From: an uncultured Methanosarcinaceae archaeon
GTDB taxonomy: Archaea > Halobacteriota > Methanosarcinia > Methanosarcinales > Methanosarcinaceae
Assembly (NCBI GenBank): GCA_963733675.1
Contig: CAVTET010000003.1
Location: 256,001 to 320,000 of the forward strand
DNA: 64,000 nucleotides
Direction of reading: 5' to 3'
In this document: positions 56,411-64,000 of the stretch, in pieces
Numbering within the stretch: position 1 is the stretch's first letter
Layout: each line of letters opens with the position of its first letter
The notes under the pieces: generated by a model
Seen by the model: only the letters and a program-made list of their open reading frames with translations
What the model was told of the DNA's origin: nothing
Database searches by the model: none
Position numbers and translations under genes: made by a program

Positions 56411-56785
56411 TATATTGTAACTTAATCTGAACAAATTTCGACAGTTTTAGGTTTAAAAAGCTGCTCGATTTTGATCCTTAAGCGCACATATTATAAATTT
56501 CTTTGTTCAATTGCGTATGTCCTACTGTATATGACAGGTCTATAATGAATCTATAGGAATGGTGAGTCTCAAAATTTAACACAAACTCGAATTGTAATAA
56601 CCTAATCAGCACAGGAATTTGAGTTATTTTGCTTCAGAGGGATCTAGCAAGATGGCGAAAATATATCCAATAATTGATCATATTAGATATATCGGATTCT
56701 TGTCTTCTATGAAATCTGATGTCCATTATGATTCATTAAATCATTCTGATTACTAATTTGTGTAAAAATTTTCGAGGAATAGCTG

Positions 56786-57337
56786 ATGAAAACTGGATTG
56801 TTATTAGTAGTGATGATCTCTGCGATGCTGATGGCTTCAACTACGATTTATGCTTATGAAGGTTCCACACATGATGCAATAGCTACCTTGAAAGATGCGA
56901 AGGGCAATACAGTGGGACTGGCCAACTTTACAGAGGACGCTAGTGGCCTGGTCCGTATCAACGTCAACGCGAGCGGCTTGACTCCATGTTTGCACGGCAT
57001 CCATATTCATAATAAAGGAAACCGTACCGGGTAGTCGTTCATCTCGGCCGGCGGACACTACAATCCTTTGAGCAAAGAGCATGGCCTAAACAATCCGAAA
57101 GGCCCCCATGCAGGTGACTTGCCCAACCTAGAAGTGAGCGAGGATGGTATGGGACATATGAATATCACCACCACCCTTGTGACATTGTCACCAGGGCCGA
57201 CCACGTTATTCACAGCCAACGGTACTTCACTGGTTGCCATGCTTAATCCTGATGATGAAATGATAAATCCTGCTGGAAACAGTGGCTTGCGGGTTATCTG
57301 TGGAATCATCAATAAAGCTAGAAGTGAGAAAAGATAA
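56786..57337 (+). pseudogene. sodC: Cu/Zn superoxide dismutase with signal peptide, single in-frame TAG (57032-57034)
   Basis: HGIHIH..*SFISAGGHYNP..HG..HAGDLPNL..GNSGLRVICGII in one frame; expected disulfide Cys reads Arg and last Cu-ligand His is missing (VAMLNPDD). Confidence 0.88.
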
Positions 57338-57554
57338 CGTTCAGGACGATGAAGCAGCGTGATTTATCTACGCACAATTGCCGGGGTCGCTGACTAAATG
57401 AACGAATAGACTGGCGAACGAGTCTATATTTACCCATGCTACCGCTTGGCAATGAATTCTAAAAGAAATGAGCATAAGGTAACTTGGTAGCCATATTGTT
57501 ACTTATTCACTTCATATCCCTTATCAGGACAAATCCTTCAAATTAACCTTCAGA

Positions 57555-57800
57555 TTTTTTAGTGTGTAGTATTAATCTTGAAGATATAATAAGGGTGTAC
57601 AATGTCTCAGGATTGAAGTGTAGAGTCCTATAAAAGCTATGAGGGAAACATCCCTTTTCAAAGAGACGTTTTCACGGGACCGTTTACTAAAGCAATTATT
57701 GCAAGCACTCCAAACGCGGTTCGAAACAAGAGATCAACGCCACCTACATTTTCTTCCAGAATCCATTTTTGAAATCCGTCGGATAAACTCTCTTCTAAAT
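57555..57800 (-). pseudogene. DUF2892/YgaP-like membrane protein remnant next to IS
   Basis: LEENVGGVDLLFRTAFG..*K..LIAFIGLYTSILRHCTP. Confidence 0.6.
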
Positions 57801-57808
57801 CATTTTAT

Positions 57809-58280
57809 TTCAATCGAATACCTCGCAGCTTGCTGCGGGGATGGAAAATTTCCCCGATAACCGTTGTTAAATAATAAATTTATATTTTTTGCTACATTTG
57901 TACTGTAAATGGAATTAAGACGTGCAAATCATTGTGTATATAAAATCAGATATCACATGGTTTTTTGTTTGAAGTACCGTAAAAATCTTTTTTTAGGGAC
58001 AGAACTCATAAATTTTTTGAAAAATGTATGCTTTGAAATTAGTGAAAGATACTATTTTGAGTTTGAGGTAATTGGTAGTGATGGTGATCATGTAGATCTT
58101 TTTGTTGGAGCTGAACCAAAGTATTCTCCTTCAAAAGTCATGCAAATTATAAAGAGTAGGGAAGAAAAAGAAGCATATCAGCAAATGAAAATACTAGATT
58201 TTTAATAGCCATTACAACCAGAACGGTGGTGTGAACATACCCCGTTGCTTGCAGCGGGGTGCGCCAGCACAACTTTGATT
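57809..58280 (+). mobile_element. tnpA: IS200-type element copy 5, same internal deletion as copy 1; ORF 57909-58205
   Basis: 98-aa ORF nearly identical to 5787-6083; HUH reads HVD. Confidence 0.92.
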
Positions 58281-58304
58281 TGTTAGCTATGTTTACCCTA
58301 TCGC

Positions 58305-58643
58305 TTACTTGTTTACTTGGTTTTCAATTTCGGTTTGAGTTTGTGTATATTCGATTTGTAAGCTGTTGTACTCACTGGGCATTATTTCAAGCTCTAACTT
58401 TATTAATTTGGCTCTTGCTTTTTTTATTAAAATTTTGTCTTCTGCTATAATTTTGAGATTTTTAACATCACTTATATACTTTTTTATTTCATCTTTTGCA
58501 AGAAGTTTATTTTCTTTCGCTTCTTTTAATATATTCATTTTAATATCTTTTATGCTATTTGCTTTTTTTACGATCTCTTCTAGTTTTTCAAGGTTTTTCT
58601 TAAGCTTATTGATTTCTTCTGATATCTTTGTGTCTTCAGCCAT
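58305..58643 (-). CDS. Hypothetical helical/coiled-coil protein
   Basis: Intact K/E-rich ORF; GAGGG RBS-like site and TATA-like sequence upstream. Confidence 0.55.
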   Translation of the reverse strand: MAEDTKISEEINKLKKNLEKLEEIVKKANSIKDIKMNILKEAKENKLLAKDEIKKYISDVKNLKIIAEDKILIKKARAKLIKLELEIMPSEYNSLQIEYTQTQTEIENQVNK

Positions 58644-58913
58644 CTTAGCCCTCTTAAATTGTTGTATTCGTAGACTCTTTTATAGTACTATATAGTATAA
58701 AGGAGTTGTATTCTTAAATATAAGTAATTAAGGATAGGAATAATAATATGATTGAGATCATCGAGTATAAAGTTCATATTGAATCAGCAATAAAAATAAT
58801 TCATTTTACATCTAATTTTCCTCGGAACGAGGGAAACTGTGTAGTTACTCACAAAACGACCTAAATCGTTATACGAATAATCCTATTTTATGTGTAGAAC
58901 ATTAGGGGGAAAT

Positions 58914-60458
58914 ATGGAGATCGAATCAAAGTTTATGGTATTAGGCGAAACAGATATTCAAGACCTTGAAGCGCTATCTCAACTGGGAGATTATTCTATT
59001 TCCGAAGCTGCAGTACAGATGATAGAAGATACATTCCTGGACACAAAAAAAATGTCTTTAATGGCTGAGGGTTATTATCTGCGACTACGGAAAGAGATTG
59101 GACAAGAAGGACAGTGGTTGACCATCAAGAGCCTGGGCGGGTTCGAAGATGGAGTGCACAGAAGAGAAGAATATAACAGTTTTCTACCAAAAGAGGTTTC
59201 TGCTTTTGAATGTCCAGATATCAGGATAAAGGAACTGATTTTCGAACTTAGTTCAGGATTCGACTTGCTCCCATTCCTGAAACTTAAACAAAAGAGGATT
59301 TTACACCAGGTGAAACTGGGAGAAAGACAAATAGCCGAATTATCTTTGGATCAAGTGAGCCTTAAAAGCGAAAAAGGGGAAAAGCTCTACAACGAACTTG
59401 AAGTTGAACTGAAGACGGAAGGAACATCTCAAGATCTGCAGGTTATTGTGGAATACCTAATGGAAAATTATAACCTTGTAGAAAATCCCTTTTCAAAATT
59501 CGAAAGAGCACTTCTCTTCAAGGATAATCTGCCGGAAAAAACAGTTTTGAGCTTCAAGGAAAGGGCTTTTTGTATGCAACTTTCAGACCAAGAAAATGTG
59601 TATGGAAAGCAGGCTAGAATTCTCCTTTCGCTGGATAAGGGTTCAAATACGGCAGAATTAAGCCTTTTTCTAAAAATCCCTGAGCTAGAGATCAAAACTC
59701 TATACTCTAGGTTTGAAAAAGAAAGGCTTTTCATCTTCCCTTTTAGCTCTGAAAAGAATGGAGCAAGAGAATTTCATTTTCAGGCAAGGCGCTGCTCACT
59801 GGGCAAAAGTCAAGAATATATCAGCTCCAAGGAGTGGACCCTTGAAACCCTCTTTGAGCTCTATGGAGTAAATAAAGACAGGGCAGAAAATATTAGAACC
59901 AATGCATTCATACTTTTTGATGGACTATTCCCCTACCACAAATTAGGGCAGGAAGAGAAAGAAATACTGGGCTTTGCAGCTCCTTTTCATGAGATCGGAA
60001 TCACGGTTTCACTGAAAGAGAAAGCCAAGGTTGGTAAAGAAATCATCTTGACCCATCCTCTTAAAGGGTTAAAGCCCCACGAACTCGGGATGCTCTCTCT
60101 TATCATGGAACTCCAGTCTCCAGAAATCAACGTAAAAAATCTGTCATCAGCTCTTGAGAAATCAAATATCATGTTACCTCCAGAAATCAAGAACAAAGCA
60201 TTAATTCTTGCTTCTCTTGTTCGGATTGTGTATTCTCTTGATAAAAGGGACTGGAAGTTCTTACCAGGCAAGATCAAGCAGGTCGAGGAAGCAGTTGAAG
60301 TAAACATTTTCGGGCAGGATGCGAAAAAAGCTGTAAAAAGAGTCGAAAAAGAAAGTGAATTATGGGAATACCTTTTTGGCACAAAACTCCTCTTTACTCA
60401 TGGAGAAAAAATTAGTGAAGTAGGGTTTATTGAAAAAAAGGCCAGAAGAATCTGGTGA
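58914..60458 (+). CDS. CYTH + Ppx/GppA C-terminal HD-like protein (N-terminal part of a probable CYTH-HD-CHAD fusion)
   Basis: MEIESKF (ExExK), LRLR, TIK, REE, ELEVELK, SKFERAL; LFDGL..H.L..AAPFHEIG. Confidence 0.82.
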   Translation: MEIESKFMVLGETDIQDLEALSQLGDYSISEAAVQMIEDTFLDTKKMSLMAEGYYLRLRKEIGQEGQWLTIKSLGGFEDGVHRREEYNSFLPKEVSAFECPDIRIKELIFELSSGFDLLPFLKLKQKRILHQVKLGERQIAELSLDQVSLKSEKGEKLYNELEVELKTEGTSQDLQVIVEYLMENYNLVENPFSKFERALLFKDNLPEKTVLSFKERAFCMQLSDQENVYGKQARILLSLDKGSNTAELSLFLKIPELEIKTLYSRFEKERLFIFPFSSEKNGAREFHFQARRCSLGKSQEYISSKEWTLETLFELYGVNKDRAENIRTNAFILFDGLFPYHKLGQEEKEILGFAAPFHEIGITVSLKEKAKVGKEIILTHPLKGLKPHELGMLSLIMELQSPEINVKNLSSALEKSNIMLPPEIKNKALILASLVRIVYSLDKRDWKFLPGKIKQVEEAVEVNIFGQDAKKAVKRVEKESELWEYLFGTKLLFTHGEKISEVGFIEKKARRIW

Positions 60459-61500
60459 AAGAACGGAAATAAAGGATGAAAGTAAAAAAGAGAAAGGAGA
60501 TCTAAAATTTGCAGTTAGACCTGAACACTCTATGTCTATGGTAGCTCATAAGGTTTTTTCCCAGCAGTTTGCTAGAATGCTTGCCCATGAGAAAGGAACA
60601 CGGAAGGGAGAAAATATAGAAGAACTTCACGATATGAGGGTTGCGATCCGCAGGATGAGGGCTGCTGCAAAAATCTTTGAAGCATATATTGATTCAGAAA
60701 AGCTTGGACCTCACCTGAAAGAACTCAGAAGTACCCTTGGAGCACTCAGAGATGTCAGGGATTTGGATGTTTTTCGGGAAAAAGCTGAAGAGTATCTAAA
60801 AAAACTTCCTACTGAGAACAAAAATGATCTTGAACCCCTGTTTACTGTTCTTGCCGAAGAGAGGAAAAAAGCTCTGAAAAACATGCTTCTCTATATGGAC
60901 AGGGAAAAATATGCTAATTTCAAAAAAAAGTTCTCAGATTTTCTTTCTGTTTCAGAATACTGGGCTCTGCCAACTACAACCAGAAAAAGCGACGCACTGC
61001 CACATCGAATTAAGGATGTGCTTCCTTCGATCTTATATTCCAATTTCGCAGACATCTGTGCCTATTCTGAATGGGTAGAAGGACCATATGTCTCTGTAGA
61101 GAGACTGCATAGACTGAGGATTGCAGCCAAAGGACTGCGATATACACTTGAGTTCTTTGAAGACACGTTAGAAAAGGAAGCAGAAACAATGATCAAAGAA
61201 TTTAAAATTCTTCAGGATCATCTTGGAGATATACAAGACAATGTTGTTGCAATTGATTTGTTGGGATCTTATCTACGGACAGGAGATTGGGACCTTTCAA
61301 AAAGGTTGCAGTATTCTGCAGAAAAGAAAATTCCTGACTTCCTGAAAGGAGTAGAAGCCTACAAGACATATAGGGAAGAAGAACTCCACACGCTACTTGA
61401 TACTTTCCTAGAAGCCTGGATAAAAATCCAGAGCGAGGAGTTCAGACAGAAAATTGAAAGCGCAATCAAAAACCTGTATAGAGAGCCAATGTTTTTATAA
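60430..61500 (+). CDS. CHAD-domain protein (+1 frame relative to the upstream ORF)
   Basis: LHDMRVAIRRMR, VRDLDV, LHRLRIAAKGLRYTLE, LQDHLGDIQD. Confidence 0.88.
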   Translation: MKKRPEESGERTEIKDESKKEKGDLKFAVRPEHSMSMVAHKVFSQQFARMLAHEKGTRKGENIEELHDMRVAIRRMRAAAKIFEAYIDSEKLGPHLKELRSTLGALRDVRDLDVFREKAEEYLKKLPTENKNDLEPLFTVLAEERKKALKNMLLYMDREKYANFKKKFSDFLSVSEYWALPTTTRKSDALPHRIKDVLPSILYSNFADICAYSEWVEGPYVSVERLHRLRIAAKGLRYTLEFFEDTLEKEAETMIKEFKILQDHLGDIQDNVVAIDLLGSYLRTGDWDLSKRLQYSAEKKIPDFLKGVEAYKTYREEELHTLLDTFLEAWIKIQSEEFRQKIESAIKNLYREPMFL

Positions 61501-61868
61501 GGGAAAGTAGGGGCCATTTATAGTCCTCACATTAAAAATGAACACTTGATAAAATGAAGAAAATGTGGTTCTGGGCACGTATAATATTTTTGCATTAATT
61601 GTAACTATTTAGGTAGCTTGTGAGTGAATAATTTTCATTGCTGAATTATTGGCAAACATATTCGTTACATGAAGATACTTACTCATGAATTATTATGGGT
61701 GGACGAAAAGAAGAAGCGCCAACGAAAAAATAAACTGGAAATTTATGAGGAAAAATGTTAATGAGGATATTCTCCAGTATTAAATGTTGAAGAATTGAAT
61801 TGCTAGCACACTAGTAATGACAACTAAAATAGGAAGTTATATCTCTAACAAATTTCTTTTACTTTTCC

Positions 61869-62288
61869 ATGTACACAGAGAGCTGGAAAAAAATTAAAAC
61901 AAAGGTACCTGGAGACCTTTGGGAAAAAATAGAAGATTTGGGTTTTGATAGTCCTAATAAAGCAGTTATTACCGCCTTAGAAAAGCTAATAGGTGAACCC
62001 GAATTAAAACGTTCTGGGAAAGAGCAGGAAATTAAGATACAAGAATTGGGAAATAAGCTTGAGGAGGAACAAAAGCGTACTCGAGAATTACAAAGAGAGC
62101 TTGAAATAAAAGTGGAAGAGACACAGAAGCGAATCAAAGACTTGGAAAAAAATATTGAGAAAGCGGAGAGGAGGGAAATATATCTTGAAGAAATTCACAA
62201 TAATTACATGCTCCAGGTTCAAACTTTGATTAAGCAAAAACAGATTTTAGCGCCTGGAGAAAATAAACCATGGTGGAGATTCTGGTAA
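61869..62288 (+). CDS. Putative RHH-like + coiled-coil protein with C-terminal PWWRFW
   Basis: Strand-helix-helix N-terminus, long E/K heptad region, aromatic tail. Confidence 0.75.
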   Translation: MYTESWKKIKTKVPGDLWEKIEDLGFDSPNKAVITALEKLIGEPELKRSGKEQEIKIQELGNKLEEEQKRTRELQRELEIKVEETQKRIKDLEKNIEKAERREIYLEEIHNNYMLQVQTLIKQKQILAPGENKPWWRFW

Positions 62289-62324
62289 AATCTGAAAGGT
62301 CTTTTTTTTAAATAGGTATTTTGA

Positions 62325-63810
62325 AGCGTGAACTATCACTCAGCTGAAGACTAAGCGACTTCTTGGTTCATTCCTTTCTCTTTCGAGAACAATTCTCCAT
62401 ACCCATCCTCCGCATTTCACAGGTGTCAGATTACAATTAGATAGTAATCAATTATAGAAAATTCTTTGATATTAATTGCAGTAGTAATGTGTCTATCATG
62501 TTTGGTCTTGCAATCAGGACAATTCCATTCTCTGTCTTTTAGTGTTAACTCATAGAACTCATAGTTATGTTATCCACAAAAATGAAAGATCTTAGATGAT
62601 GGTTCAAATTTACCTATCATAAGAATGTTTTTCCTGCTCATTCTGATACATATTCGAATTTTGTTACAAAACTACTCCACACCGAATCACATATAACCTG
62701 TGTTAATGGTGATTCTTAATATGTCTTTAACATTCAGAGTTTCAACAGCTATTGCTTAGTTATCGCTAAAAAATTTAAAGGAGAATTTGTATTGAAAATC
62801 ATTTCTCTAATTTGTTATTTTCTCATGAAGTACAGCAAGTTCTTATATAACCTGTTCTCTTTTTTATAACAGTTCTGTTTTTTGACTAACTCTATTAAGG
62901 GTACTTTAAGCCTCTCCGAATAGTTTTTCAAGTGCTTAGGAGTTTTAATTTTTTTTCCAGTTGATATAATAGCAAAATCTTTTTTCCCAGAGCCCATCCC
63001 GGTAGTCGTGGATTTCGAAAACATAGTTTAACTGAAGTTCTCTTCCATCGTCCACTAAAATGTTGATGCAGTAATCTCCTGTGCGAGACTTCGAAATGGT
63101 AGCGGTTTTAATTCCCCTTCAAATGTTTTATGAAGAACTTCTTTGATTTCTCCAATTTTAGGAAGCTTAAAAGTATCGTTTTCAAAATTCACATTGCAGT
63201 GTTCTGGTATCGGAAATAACTGAATTGAGTTCTTCTTTAATTTGAATTTAAGAAAATCATTTTTTCTCGAAAAAATCTATTGAATGCAGATTCCATAAGT
63301 TTAATCATGCCCTGAAATAATTTAGAATTGACTTCTCCTAACCATAGATTTTGCTTTTCTAGAGTCGGATTTAATTCTGTTAAGTCAAACATAGAAATGA
63401 TTTTCAGATTTGCTCACATATTTCTATTTTCTGATCAAAAGCCGACTATAAACAAACATCCAACTATCTATATGTTGATTAAGTTGATTCAATTTGTCAA
63501 TTGTTGGATATAGTCTAAAATTGAATTTTTTCAGACAAGAACCACATCCATATACCCTTTAAGAACATACCAAAGTCAGCACTCTTGCGATCATTCGAGA
63601 ACTGAAACCAGAGACGACAATTAAGCTACGGAAAATTCAAAAAGAATAATTGAAAAATACTATTGGAAAGAACATACACTATGGAATGATGGATATTTCA
63701 CATATTCTATCGACAATGGTAGCAAAGAAGCAGCCGAAAATTGCATGCTGAACCAGAGTTAAAGTTGACGCTTACCCACTAGGCTAAAGATCCAATGATT
63801 TTATGCTTTG
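62325..63810. mobile_element. tnpB: IS605-type element: decayed tnpB (minus, about 62400-63480) and divergent tnpA remnant (plus, about 63520-63762)
   Basis: KLPKIGEIK, KTATISKS.TG.Y, GKFEPSSK, LTLKDREWNCPDCKTKHDR..AINI; tnpA NHIHI..YWKEHTLWNDGYF; end hairpins near 62335 and 63775. Confidence 0.85.
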
Positions 63811-64000
63811 CCATATAAAAAATGGATTAGCCCCTAACTTTGAAAACTTATATAAAACCTAAAAGATTTTATTGTATTAAACTCACGAATTAATTACACA
63901 TTTTAAATCAATTCGAAGGGAAGAGGTATTAATAAAAACAGGAGAAAAAAATTTTCACCTGAAGGAACGGAAGCTCATTATAGAAAGCATGCCGGAAAAT

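Noticed and set aside
60431-60440. A AAA AAG programmed -1 frameshift joining CYTH and CHAD
   Set aside because: The CHAD ORF is in the +1 frame; the -1 frame stops within about 10 codons

Overview
AT-rich archaeal chromosomal window, most consistent with a Methanosarcina-type methanogen (component-A2-like ABC ATPase, DUF1699, RIO2, deoxyhypusine synthase, cobQ, BRE/TATA promoters). Intact housekeeping genes (tRNA-Leu(TAA), RNase Z-like hydrolase, cobQ, rio2, nfo-like, dys cluster, asnB) are interleaved with long decayed AT-rich stretches, about 10 IS remnants (five copies of one IS200-type element, a second IS200 type, an IS605 tnpA/tnpB, IS256, IS6, a DDE element) and many disrupted genes (lpdA-like, acr3, relBE, PPDK-like, DUF47-like, sodC, CYTH-CHAD). 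Main unexplained signals: (1) a multi-copy module of palindromic site + TATA promoter + ~80-nt RNA with a covarying hairpin, linked to pentapeptide-repeat genes; (2) a pstS / long PhoU-DUF47-like / truncated-PPDK locus bracketed by twin IS copies; (3) repeated in-frame TAG codons, possibly related to pyrrolysine readthrough; (4) a ~500-bp dispersed non-coding repeat and a ~90-bp MITE/REP-like family; (5) decayed tRNA-Leu duplicates. All calls are by eye with no database searches; ends of repeats and pseudogenes are approximate.
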